64,000 nt of DNA from Guillardia theta CCMP2712 (Eukaryota; Protista; Cryptophyta). The position numbers and the translations under genes are program-made. The notes below the pieces were generated by a model. The model worked only from the letters and a program-made list of their open reading frames with translations, was not told the origin of the DNA and ran no database searches. How positions within the stretch are numbered: the first letter of the stretch is position 1; each line of letters starts with the position of its first letter. The DNA lies in the NCBI RefSeq assembly GCF_000315625.1, contig NW_005434596.1, forward strand, positions 107,173-171,172, in the 5' to 3' direction. Below are positions 1 through 16,028 of this stretch, in pieces.

Positions 1-230
1 AAGAGATCTTGGTAAACCCCTCAGCTTCTTCTACAGCATTGACCATGGCAGGAGATGCCCCAGCCGCTGAGCAACGGGGGGTAAGGAGAAGTGCAATGGC
101 AAGAGGGCAAGTCACCGAGCAAGACGTTAGCGGAGAAGTCCATGGCGACGTAGTTCTGGATGCACATAACGAGGGGGTTTTGCTCCCGTAGGGAATTGAT
201 CAGCTCAGCAGGCTGGTGCAGCAACGGCAT
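1..230 (-). CDS. thiM: Hydroxyethylthiazole kinase, 5' part (runs off the window start)
   Basis: LREQNPLVMCIQNYVAMDFSANVLL, then a 49-nt GT-AG intron (67..115), then AAGASPAMVNAVEEAEGFTKIS. This matches the ThiM N-terminus (PLVHxITNYVAMNxxANxLLAxGASPAM). Confidence 0.88.
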
Positions 231-1284
231 GATGGATTTAGCTGCAAGCCGATTCAGAGGTGGGATGTGACCCGAGGATCTTTAGTCTCCTCCCTCACTG
301 ATACCGAAATGCTGTCTGCTGCCTACCGTCAGTTTGTGCTTCACGCTGCTAGGAAAATTTCTACCACCCTGGACATACACACTGTCCCTGATGCTGTCGT
401 TGCACCCAATATCGCTGTTGTTGGTTGTTGTTGTTGTTGTTGCTGCTGCTGCTGCGTACTACTCATTCGCTCTGCTCTCCTACCTCTCCTCCTCCCGATC
501 TCTCTCAGCTGTGCTCTCCCTCCCGTGCCTCGATCACCATTACAGTCCTCAGTATGCCCTCATCCCTCCCGCCAACCCCACCACAACCCCACCCCACCCC
601 CTCTTCTAAATACACTTCACAGATGACACCCCTGGTTTTCAATCTGCATTGGTGGAGGCTACCCCGTATGGCAGAGATTTTTGGGAGTAATCAATGAGGG
701 TAGGTAGTCTGATGGGGTCCGGTACCCTACCCCCAGACATAATCCGTACCGAGTCATGAAAAACTCCGATGCCATGTTTCCAATATGCGCAATTGAGGGG
801 GTAGTGGTACTTTACGTTTCCTTGGATGGTGGGTACTTAAGTATACAAAGGAGGGGTCCCTCATGAAAGCTACAGGTATTTTCAAAACCTTGGGATTTTG
901 GATCATCATTGAAATAATCCAATGATTTTCGCCTTACCGAAAAAGCTATTTGTTCTTTATCAAAAACCTTCACCCCCCCCCTTTACCGTTCAAAGTACCA
1001 CCAATAGATGTCATTGTTAGGTCATAATTTATTTAATATAATTATCGAAGGGGGTACTAAATTCCCACGCCCTGTGCGCCCGTCCTTCCCACATGTCCCT
1101 GGACCGTACCCACAAGCTCGATACGCATTACCCACCCCTTGCTTTCCTGTCCAGAAGGGGTGAGTACCCTACCCTACATTTTAACCCCTGTCAAATGGAA
1201 TTAGAACCCGTTTATTGAGTACCCCTACCATGACTCTATATCAACCCCTACCCCTTCGTCACCTGCAAGCATTGCGATCGGGGA

Positions 1285-4200
1285 ATGCCGCTGGTGATGC
1301 GAAAGCCGCGGGGAGGGGCAGGGAGAGAGGAGGAGGACGAGGAGAGCTGGAAGAAGAGGAGAAAGAGCCAGCTCTACATATCTGATGAAATCATGAGGAA
1401 GCACTTCAATGATGTTGGCTCAGAAGACGGGCTGAACACCAGGGAAGTCCTGATGCTTGCGGACAAGCTATGGGCGACTTTCATGTCAGGATATCCTGCG
1501 TTCAGCTACGAGATCAGGAAAGAGATGGTCAAGGAAGTGATCAGCCTCTCCGAGAAGTCAGAGGACAAGCTGATCAGTTATGAGGTGTTCGCCGAGTTCT
1601 TCAGAAATCGCAGGCAAGCCTATCGCGCCTTGCATTTCGATCTTCATCATATCATTACTTGCATGAGTTCCCCTCAATCTCCTGCCATATCTTGCGATGT
1701 ACTGTCCTTCTTGTATCAAATCTCTTCTTCATATGTGGATGCTTGCGGTTTCACCTCCACCTTCCTCCTCCCGTGAGACTGCTCATGTTACGTCCCTTAC
1801 TTCCCTCCCCAGCCGCCAGTACTGGATTGAGTGCAACGAGCGGATCGACCAGGCAAGGCCATCATCGCCCGCAGCCAAGCAGCTCATGATGGGCGCGTCT
1901 CCTGGCCGTGCCCGGGAGTTGACAGGAGGAGTTGGACTGGAACTTGTGCAAGAGGAGTCGACGGGTTACATCCTTATCAACTCAATGTCGCCTTGCGTGC
2001 CGCAGAGCACCAAGGTATCGTTTCCCTGGGTCTTGTTGTGTTTCTTGGCGGTTATACGACATCCTTCATGACTTTTAGTTGTGTTTCGCGTTGTGATGAT
2101 ATGTACTGTAATCTCGTTCACCCTGTTCGTTATTTCTGTACGATTTCATCCCAGTTTTGTCCTCGCCACACCATACTGTCTGCAAACAAGATGTAGGGCT
2201 GAAATAATGTCTTGCAGAATCTAGTGCATCAAGGAGATCGCATCTTGTTCGTGGACGGGGTCGACGTGGCGACTGAATCGCTCTCTCGCATCAAGTCCCG
2301 CTTCCTAGGGGAGGTTGGCACAAAGGTTCGAAGGAATGGCTGAAGGCAACAGCAATCTCGTGACGCGTTCCTGCCGTAGGTTACCCTTATCATCGCCTCG
2401 TCCAAGACCGACAAGCAATCTCGTGAAGTACTGCTGGAGAGAGTCTCGCTCGCGACCCTCTGCAGGCCCGTGGAGTCCCCGGCCGACATGAAGCTCGGTT
2501 ACTCCCCCATTGCACAGTCGAGTGCCAACGGCTACTCGTCGGCTATGTCCTCGAGGAGTGCCGGAGGAGCTGAGAACGGAGAAGTTCGCCAGCAGTTGTT
2601 CCCTGATCTGTTCACAGCGCCAGGAGATTTCTGCACGAAGATCGGAGGGCTTCTTGAATCCTCTCACGCATCCAGCCAGAGGGAACAGGAATCTGCATCC
2701 GTGCCCGGGAAAGTGAGCTCCACAAGTCGGAGAGGTCAGCAACAACTTGCGGCCGAGCAAGGAGCAGGAGAGCAGGCAACTCGTGGGGCAGAAGCTGAAG
2801 ATGTGGGGAGTGCGGAGACGAACCATAGCGACGTGAAGAGCAAGAAGGGAGGCGTCAGGCTTGCTCACAAGACGCCGTTGTTAGAAGCGACATCAGCGAT
2901 CGAGAAGCTGGGCGACATGATCTCCAAGTCGATATCAGAGCAAGACAAGAAGGAGCAGCAGGATGTGCGAGACGCGCAGGCTGCCAACAGCTCGCACGAG
3001 CTTGAGAGGAGGCCGTTGGTGCACGAAATTAGGACGAGCCAGGACGGGCGGCTCCCTGCGCACCTGTACTCGGAGAATCCCAACGCCATCGACCCGGTCA
3101 AGTCTGCCTCAGGAGTTTTCCTCTCTGTTGGCGACTTCCTGATGAAGAAGACCCCAGAGAAGGAGAAACCGGCGAAACCTCTCCAACCCCCTCCATCTCA
3201 GAGAGATGCCGAGACTCCTGAAAAGACCTCCTCTGTGGCGATGGGCAAAGACCTGACCAACACGCTCATGCTCGTCCTGGACCCCTCGCTCCATGCTCGG
3301 TCAAGCCAGGTCCCTTGGCTCCCCGAATGATTCTTCAAGTTGAGTTGTTGCAGAATGTCAAGAAGGACGGGGAGCTGACGCAGAGAGATAGCGTTCCTTC
3401 AGAAGCCGGGGTCAGTGAGGAAGAGGGAGGGAGGGAGTTGGGGAGGGAGGGAGGGAGGGAGGGACAAGATGCTGAAAAGTGGGGCGAGTAAAGGAATCGA
3501 CTAATAGAGGATGACGTTTCTTGTCTTGTGCAGGTTGGGTTGATCCTGAAGAACATGGGGAAGGGATGCGCCGTGCAGCGCCTGCTGAATGGTGGGGCTG
3601 CTGCAAGATCCGGGGATGTGCAGATAGGAGACAGAATGTCGGTGGGAGAGGAAGCGATTACTGGTCCCTTACTTGCTACTTAACAGTGTGGCGGTAGACG
3701 GAGAGAACGTGGAGGATTTGGGGGGGAAAGAAGTCTCGTGGAAGCTGTGGGGGAAGACCGGGACAACGGTGATGGGAGAAGGAAGGGTGAGGGGAGGATG
3801 ACGATGGCGCAGGTCAATGTTTCCATCCAGCGCGACAAGGCATGGTGGAGCGTGATGGTAATTCGATGACATGAGGAGGGAGGGGTGAGGGAAGGAGCAA
3901 GCAGAGATTCTAGTGTGGATGGAAATACGATGACAGCGCAGGGGCAGAAATGACTTTTTATTTTGCAGCCTGTCCGCTTCAATGTTGTCCTCAAGCGATT
4001 GTACCACGAGAACGAAGTCAAACCGTCGGACACAGAGCTGGACGAGGAGGAGGTTGCGGCGATCCGGAGGGAGGCACTCAAGATGGATTCAAGGCTGGTG
4101 GAGGCCACTCCGACCAAGATCGTCAGGAACATGTTCGCGCAAGCAGATCGTGCGCCAGCTGCGCGAAAGGAGGAGGAGATGCGGCAGACTGAGAGCAGAG

Positions 4201-4430
4201 GTTTCTTTCCTCTCCTCCCTTCCGCTGGTGCAAGTTTGAGAGAAGCAGCAGGGAACTCGACGCCCCCCGAGAACGCGCGGGGAAGGCCAGCCAACGTCCC
4301 CACGACGACTCCTCCTGCCTTGTCTTTCAACTCGAGGGAGTCGACTCCGACCAGCGCTCGGTCAGCCTCGTCCTCGTCCTCCCTTCCATTATCCTGCTCC
4401 TTCTCTTGCTCTTGCTCCTCTATTCTCTAG
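1285..4430 (+). CDS. Multi-exon protein with an EF-hand-like N-terminus and two PDZ domains
   Basis: PDZ1: GVGLELVQEESTGYILINSM...VHQGDRILFVDGVDVATESLSRIKSRFLGEVGTKV-TLII. PDZ2: VGLILKNMGKGCAVQRLLNGGAAARSGDVQIGDRM...VDGENV. EF-like segment DKLISYEVFAEFF. The 3' end is taken from ORF 3963..4430. Confidence 0.7.
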
Positions 4431-4838
4431 AAGGCCTCGTCGTGCTCGAGCTCGTTCTCATCCTTATCCTCGTCCTCCTCGTCCAATGCTGCGACCTTGC
4501 GAGCCTGACAGGGTTGTAGGAGGGCTGGTGTTGGATTGGCCCTTGGGAATCCTTCGGATGACCCGGACGAGGTTGTCGTGGTCGCGGTAGTCTTCCTCCT
4601 CCTGAGAAAGTCCGACCATAACGAGCTTGCAGATTCATCCTCAGTCACCTGCTGCTGAGTGTGGTTTGATCTCCCCCGGAGACAAGCTGGTAGGAGGAGG
4701 AGGGGGCTCGCGATGATGATGGAGATGACGACGATGATGACGAGGAAGAAATTGATGATGGAGATGATGATGGAGATGATGATGATGGGGATGATGATGA
4801 TGATGATGATGATGACGACGACGACGACGACGACGATA

Positions 4839-4875
<37 letters not shown>

Positions 4876-6530
4876 CGACGACGACGACGATGATGGTGTG
4901 AGCGGAGGATCAATGGAGCTGACACCTCAACGTAGATCGCAGTTGGAGGAACCCAATGCTTGCATTTAGACTTCGACGTGATCGGTATTGACTTTCCTTT
5001 CCTCCTCCTTCACAATCCTCGTACTCTCGGCACCTCTAGCACGGTCTCCTGGCTTTCGCTCTACCACTGCCCGCCTTGTTTCTCCTCCGACCTCTGATCT
5101 GTGAGCAGGGAGTTTAATCAGCGGCGAACCTGAAAGTCTCGTCAGCCTCACTCTATGGTCCTCTTCATATCCTCTCTCCTCCCCATCCCCCTCCTCCTTC
5201 TCCTTCCCCGTCTTGCTCTGCCCTCTCGACTGTTCGTCCCTCCCTCCCTTGCTGGGTTTGCCTCCCCCTGACATTCCGCAAGCAACGACAAGGCTGGATC
5301 GTACTCTGTGAGCTTGAAGCGACGGATCTTGAGGGAGCAAACGTAGGGCATGTAGAGTAGAGAAGAGGAAATGATGGTATTTCAGGCCGAGACTGGAGGC
5401 AGCGGGGAAGATGGGAGGTGTCAAGGAGGCGGAGACGAGCGACAGATCTCTCAATGGGAAGGAGGAGGAGGAAGCAGAAAGAAAAAAGCCTCCCTCGCAG
5501 GTAATTCTCTTGAGAGAGGAGAGAAGAGGAGAGGAGTGTGAAAGGCCATGCAGGGGGGGATCGGGTTAGCGATCGCACTAACCTCCGACAACAAGATCGT
5601 GGTGAGTTTTCCTCTTCGTTCCAACGCTCTCTCCCCTCTCTTCTTTTTTAGTTTCTCCTCCTCTGAGTCTTTTCGCCTACCATCTTCACCTCTTCGTGAC
5701 TTGCCGATTCCTGGCCTGCTATCATTCTCCCGACCCTTCTCCTCCTCCTCCTCCCTCACCTTGTAGTCAGGTTGCAGACGTCAAGCCCGATTCCTCGGCA
5801 GGACGAGCAGACCCGCCGATCAAAGTCGGAGACGAGATCTTGAAGTGAGGGAGCGGAGAGAGGAGGGGAGACGAGGAGGCGAGGAGAGGAAGAGTGGGGG
5901 AGGAGGAGGAGGAGAGGAAAAGGAGGAGGGGGAGGAGTGAGGGGAGGAGGGGATGACAGCAGGGGCATGGAAGGAGCAGGGGAGCTGACGCAGAGTGCAG
6001 GATCGGAGGGGTTGATATTGGGACGTCATTGAGTCTTGTCTACCGACTGATTGCAGGTGAGGAAAGTCAAGGAGAAGTAAGGAGCGAGGGAGCGAGGGAA
6101 AGGAGAGAGGGAGGGAGGGAGAGGGAGAGGGAGAGAGAGAAAGAGGGAGAGGAGGAGGAGTGGGGTGTTGGTCGCTATGAGTTGTTCGAAGTCTGATTCT
6201 TCTGCTTCAGACAAGGAGGACAGCTTCGTGACCTTCAACAACAGGAGAGCTTCCGATGGCTCCTTGTACAAGTATCGCTCCTCCTGCCTCCCCCTTCCCG
6301 GCACTGACGATCATGCAGGGTCAAGGTTTTCTCATGGAAGAGGAAGTGAGTTTTTCCTGCCTGTCTCCTCTGACCGGTAAAACACACCTTCACCAACTTC
6401 TCTGCCTCCTTCGGTGTGAGAGGAGGATGGGAGGAGGGTGGTTGAGCCGCAGCAGAAGGAGCATGAAGTCGGAGGGCAGGAGGGCAGGGGACAGAGTTCA
6501 GCTGGGGGGGGGGGACAAAAAACGAATTCA
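4427..6530 (-). CDS. Hypothetical multi-exon protein
   Basis: Complex coding-like segments (YLYKEPSEALLLLKVTKLSSLSEAEESDFEQLIATN; DLVSDFDRRVCSSCRGIGLDVCNL; LGLKYHHFLFSTLHAL) separated by CT-rich intron-like tracts. No family recognised. Confidence 0.4.
4711..4897. repeat. (GAT/GAC)n trinucleotide microsatellite
   Basis: Direct reading. It generates spurious poly-M, poly-H and poly-D ORFs. Confidence 0.95.
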
Positions 6531-6631
6531 AAATTTCTTAGATTGACAATATTCAAAGTGTTGGAGGAGAAGGTCAGGAAGGGAGGGGAGGAGGCAGGGA
6601 GCTAGCAGCAGTCACCATGTTCCTTCCCCCC

Positions 6632-7889
6632 TCACCTCCTCCTCCTTATCTCCGCCAGGAGCGCGAAGTGATCAGACGGGTAAGACCAGCTCGGGAGCCT
6701 CTCGGGCCCCACCTCCCCCTCGTCCGGCAGCTCCAGGACCCGGGTGGCCTCCAGCTCCCCAGTCATGAAGATGTAGTCGATGGTGTGTTTGGCCTCTACC
6801 TCTCCCCGTAGCTTCCACGTCGTGAAGGGGGGCTCCTCCCCCATGACCTCCTCGTACGCGCTGGAGAGTCCCAGAGGATGCTTCCTAGCCGCCTCGTACG
6901 CCAAGGCGGGGTAGCTCGCCAGACCGTTGGACTTGGGGGCCGCGTTCATGTCCATGGCAAGGAGGCAGGGGGAGCGCTTGCTGAGCAGGCGGTCGAGCAG
7001 CTGCTGGATCTGCTGACATCGGACTTTCTCTCCCTCCTCGCTCTTCTTCGCGTGCAGGTGGGTCACGGCGAACCAGAAAGGAGTTACCCCCTCCTGCTCG
7101 AACTCTGCGAGGATCGCGACCTGTCGGACGCGTCATGTGAGCCTTGGATTCCTCCTCTCCCTCCACCCCCGCCCTTCCATCCCCACTCGCTCCTCCTCCT
7201 CCTCCCATCACTTCATCAATTTGTCCTCACTCCCTCAAACGTCTTCTGCCTGCCTTCAGCCCCCTCCTCCCCCTCCTCTCCCCCTCCTCTCCCCCTTCCT
7301 CAACGTGCTCCTGCCTCACCTGGTTGGTTTTCATCGGGTTCTTGTCATGGCCGAGGACCTCGTAGTTGACCATCTCGCTCTCCTTCAACTTCACCGTCTC
7401 TCTCCGCCAGAACAGCGCACAGCCATCCTGCAGGCTCGGGTCCATGCTCCTCCTGCATGGCGAGTCGGGCTTCGGCAAGAAGATCCCGTCATATCCCATC
7501 CTCCCCAGCACGGGTTCGAACCAGTCATGGAAGTGATCCACTTCCTGGAGCGCCACGATATCCGGCTGAACGCCATGCCGCATGATCTCGTCGACAAGCT
7601 TCTGCCGGCGATGCTCCCATGCCAGGCACACCGGCGACGACATGCAGAAGCCGCCCTTGTTGACGTCCATGCCGCTCAAGCCATCCGCCAGCACGTTGAA
7701 CTGAGCCACTACCAAGCTCTTCCCTCCGCTCTCTGTTTCTCTGCTCCTCCACTCCCGCCTGAAGAAACTCGCGCTGCTCTCACCCGACATGTTGCTATGC
7801 AGCATCCTACGTGTCGAGCCGCCTCGGCCAGTCAGACCCCACGACCCTGATAAGATGGACAAGAAAGTGATGCGGAAGCAATGGTGCAT
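6632..7889 (-). CDS. NOCT: Nocturnin-like CCR4/EEP family phosphatase (NADP(H) 2'-phosphatase type)
   Basis: Motifs QFNVLADGL, W..RR.KLVDEI, PDIVALQEVDHFHD.FEPVL..GY.G.F.PKPDSPC, DGCALFW, TNQVAI, VTHL, DMNA, EPPFTTWKLR, TIDYIF and RLPSWSYPSDH. One intron at 7121..7319. Start codon uncertain (7889 or 7805). Confidence 0.85.
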
Positions 7890-8826
7890 TACTTGAATGC
7901 CAACGACATCCAAGCATGCAGCGCAGAAGAGGCGAGACGGCGAATGAAGATCTGACCACCAGGTGCCAGTTAGAGAGAGATACTAGACCTGATATGATCG
8001 ACAACACTCTACAAGTATAAGGACCCTTCCTCTCCCCCCTTCAACCCTCTTCTTCACCCCCTCGAAGTTTCGCACTGAGTGATACCCTGATCACAAATCG
8101 GACAAGAACAATCGTCTCACGTGAAAGATAGTTCCTAACGAAAGTTTTCATCTCAATCCCATCATCGCTTCTGCATTATCTCCCTTATCTTCCTCCCTGG
8201 CTGTTCTCCATCCCTTGCACTTTTCATGCGTTCTCCTAACTCCCCTGCCCGCTCCTCCTCCTCCATTCCCATCAGTCGCATCCTTTGGTTTGATCCGACT
8301 TAACCACCACCCCCTACCCCTGACTTTCGAACCCTACTCCTTATCCTTAACCACCCTACCTACAAGAAATCAACAATTACCGCCTGAAAGTTGGGCAATT
8401 GCACCGGTATATTTAATCACGGGTACTTTCATGACCCCTTGTTAGCCTACCCAACTCACCCCCACCCCCCCCGCTACAGTGCATCATCACCATGGCCGAA
8501 GGGATTTTTAGGAGGATCAGGAGGGGGAGGGGAGAGGGAGGTGGAAGGGGGCATTACGAGGAGTAGGAGTAGTAGTAGTAGTAGGAGGAGGAGGAGAAGG
8601 AGGAGGACCAGCAGTAGGAGACGCAGGATAGGAGAAGGGCAGGGCAGGAAGAAGTTAGACGAACAAGAGGAGAAGGAGGAAGAAGACACATTCCAGGGAG
8701 GGTGCTGGGAACTTGGCCCATGGTCGAGATCAGTGTAAAGGAAAGGGCAGAAGCGTGGCTTGCATTCATTCCTGTACCATCCCCACTGCTCACTCCTACA
8801 GGTTCTCTGCAGACTCTCTCCTTGCC

Positions 8827-12866
<4,040 letters not shown>

Positions 12867-12914
12867 ACCCCTCCTCCCTCCTCCTTGCCATCCATTCCCC
12901 AGCCCCGCATTCTA

Positions 12915-15590
12915 TCATAAGCCTAACTTCGTCCTTCTCACCTGCTGTATAGTCCCCTTCCTCCTCCTCCTCCTCCTCCTCCCCCTCCTCGTTCTCCTCC
13001 TCGCCCTCCAGCAGCAGCAGCTAGAAAGCTCTAGTTCCATTGTGGAAGTGTCGGAAAGCTCCTTCTCCGCCAGTCGACACGATCTGCTCTGACTCTCTCC
13101 AGCAGCCTGTGCTCCCGCACGAGCTCCTTGCTCGCAGCTGCTCATCACGTCAGAGGAGCACAAGGGGAATGAGATGGATGTCGGGCGGTTGGCGCAAAGA
13201 GGGAGAGGGGCAGGAGGAAGAGGAAAAAGCGGAGGAGGAGGAGAAGGAGGAGGAGGAGGAGAAGGAGGAGGAGGAGGAGGAGGAGGAGGAGGAGGAGGAG
13301 GAGGAGGAGGAGGAGGAGGAGGAGGAGGAGGAGGAGGAGGAGGAGGAGAACAAGGAGAGGGAGAGGGACGAGAAAGAGTAAGAGGAGGAAGTATTGGAAA
13401 TTTCGCCCTAATCTCATCACCTCCTTATAGGCTCTTGATTGTTCGGATGGTAATAGACGTACCTGGTTCACCGGTCATGGGGAACGAGGTTGGAGTACGA
13501 AACAACCACAACAAGAACGATCGATACAGCAAAGAACAACTTCGAGACGGGGAAGAACAACTTCGAGACGGGGAAGAATATTCTTAGGAAGCACAAAAAC
13601 TTTCTCACAAGTGTCCATCGATCAACTTCGTTTGCAAAGGGAGGTCAGACGCGATCTTGCTGTGGGTCGGGAACAGCGACATCAGCCCTGGCAGCATGTC
13701 AGGACCTGCGACGAGGCGGCAGATGCCAAGCCACTTGGTGCCGTGCCATCGTTCAAGATGTAAGCAAAGAGATCGAACTTTGGTAGTTTGGAGAACAACA
13801 TCTCCTGCAGTCACAGCAAAGGATCACATCTGAGAACCACGAAGCCAGTCATCACCTGAATCAAACTTGCTTCTGATCCTCTCATTGCACCGGAGAGGCA
13901 GACAGCAACTTTCGCATCATCCTCATCCGCTCCCGCTCTCGGCATCTTCTCTCCTCCAGTCTCTCCTCCTTTCTCTCTTCCAGTCTCTCCACTCTCTTCC
14001 CTTCCCTTGGAGTCGCTGACAGACATCTTGGCACCTGCTTGCTTCAACAGCTTTAGGATTTACGTCAGTTCACGAGAGCCATTCTCAGCTCCATCTCCTA
14101 CTCTCGTCCATTCGTCCACGAGCACGTTGGGCTCAGGCGGCAGCATTGCGAGCAGCGAGCGCAGAGACGGAACAGAGTCAAGCTCTTGCTCCTGTACCGA
14201 CCAGCTCACAGACTCCTTACACCTCTTCCTCCCCCTTCCTACCAATCTTCTCTCCGCCGCATGCGCGTCTGCTCCTTCCTCCTACGGTGCCATCAGCTCC
14301 CCAGCCTCCATTCGCCCTTCGCTCCTCCCCTCCCCGACCTTGCGAGCAGCTATGGAGGCGATTCGCTCCTGCAGGCTTGTTCTGGCCATGGAAATCACCC
14401 TGCCGCAAGGCTGAGAAGCGGGGAGGGAGAGAAGCAGCATCCTTCACTTGCGCATGTCCAGGTGTGGGCTCTCTTCCTCTCCCATCACAAACACGTCCAC
14501 GTCCAGGTTCGTGACACCGCTCACCCAGGAGCTCCTCGGGCCTGCCACCCCCTCCGTTCCCCCTCCCTCCCTTACGCTGAAGCGCAGCACCTGAAGTCCA
14601 GACTGGTCTATCGCGATGCCAGCGAACTTGGCCATGTTCCAGGACAACATGCTCTCAGCTGGACCCCCCGGGAGTATGTGAGAGCCGCAAACTGACGAGC
14701 TGAGAAATTTCTCCCTGTCATCCATGAGCAACGCCGCGACGATCTCCACCCCAGTGAAGTTTGGCACGATGACGTCGGCACCTGCAAGTGTATGCTCACA
14801 TTGCAGGACCAGCACCTCCCTCGAACCACCTTGAGGCAGCAGGGGGAACAGGAGGACCCAGGGCTGCTGTAGCATCTCCTTCCCCTTCACCGCTCCCCAT
14901 CTATCAACATCTCAGATTCCGGAAGTCGCCGAGCAGCAGGGGAGCAAGCGCGCTTACGGGCTTCTGACCATCTGCAGACGGACACCAAACATCGTCACAG
15001 ACACCTGGAAGATCTGTGAGCAGGAGGAGGCTGAGGAGGCTGCAGCGGCTCAGACTTGATCGGTCGCACATAGGGATCCGAAGGAGGAAAGCCAGGTTAC
15101 CCTGATGTCTCCTACAAGCATGAAGCTGGTCAGCTCACGCCAGCGTCGACTCACCGGCTACCTTGACCATCAGGAGGGATCATAGAGACTTCGTTCACTC
15201 CTACCTCCACCATCTCCGTCCTCACAACCTCGTCGTTCATACGCACTATCACGTGACCCCACCCGCACTCGGCCTGGTGCATGGGCCCAGTCAGCTTCAG
15301 CACCATCTCCCAACCTCTAGCACCGAGGATTCGAAGTGATCTCCCTCCCTCACTCCAGCCTCATAGGTAACTACGAGGGGCTTCGGCGGCTCAAACTCTC
15401 CCCGCAATAACAAGAACCCATCCGTCGGGCTCGAGATGCGGACAAACTCGGCCCTTCCCCTGTGTTGCTCGGCCTGCCTGCTGAGGTCTGGTTGAGCCAT
15501 GCAGGAGCGCATCATCGCAGTGACGTGAAGAGCAAGCCATAAAGCAGCATCCCTCCTCCTCCTCCTCCTCTCTCTCGTCATCCTCATCCC
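12915..15590 (-). CDS. Hypothetical multi-exon protein with a hydrophobic N-terminus; possible glycosyltransferase-like C-terminal domain
   Basis: N-terminal RRRRRRDAALWLALHVTAMMRSCMA. Exons ADVIVPNFTGVEIVAALL and KVAVCLSGAMRG...EMLFSKLPKFDLFAYIL. The VAVCLSGxxR motif recurs in algal and viral GT-like proteins. Ends approximate. Confidence 0.45.
13231..13348. repeat. (GAG)n microsatellite
   Basis: Direct reading. Similar tracts at 25694..25807 and 26290..26353 lie in OSCA introns. Confidence 0.95.
13532..13580. repeat. 21-bp tandem duplication AAGAACAACTTCGAGACGGGG (about 2.3 units)
   Basis: Direct reading. Confidence 0.85.
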
Positions 15591-16028
15591 AAACGTTACC
15601 AGTCTGCTGCCATATCTCCAGCCATATCTCCTCCCCGACAGTGGACCCCTCATCCCCTATCATAACTTTCCGACTCTCAAACCTGTCTCCAACCACTCCG
15701 ACAGACTCTCCGATCCGATCAGCAGACCGTACCGTCTCAGGGCCAGACTCAGGCTCGTCCCTGTCTCGGCACTCACTGCCGCAGTCTTCCCCCCGGCCCC
15801 TCCGAGCCTGAGTAAAAGTGTCCTCGATTCTCCTGATTGTTCTCGTACGTGCGGCAAGCGGCAAAGACCCTTAACTTCGTAATTAGCAAATCTGCATATT
15901 CCAAAGCTGCTCGTGTGTCAAAAGCTCGCCGAACATCACTAGCAATGATTTGCAAGGTCATCTTTTAATCGAGTGCACTATTGAGCCTAAACCACCAAGC
16001 GGTCATCCCTCAGTCTCCTCGCCCCCCT

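Noticed and set aside
231-620. TPP riboswitch upstream of thiM
   Set aside because: No correctly ordered GGG..CTGAGA..ACCTGA..TAAT..GCG core on the transcribed strand. The CGTAGGGAA at about 187 is antisense and inside the CDS.
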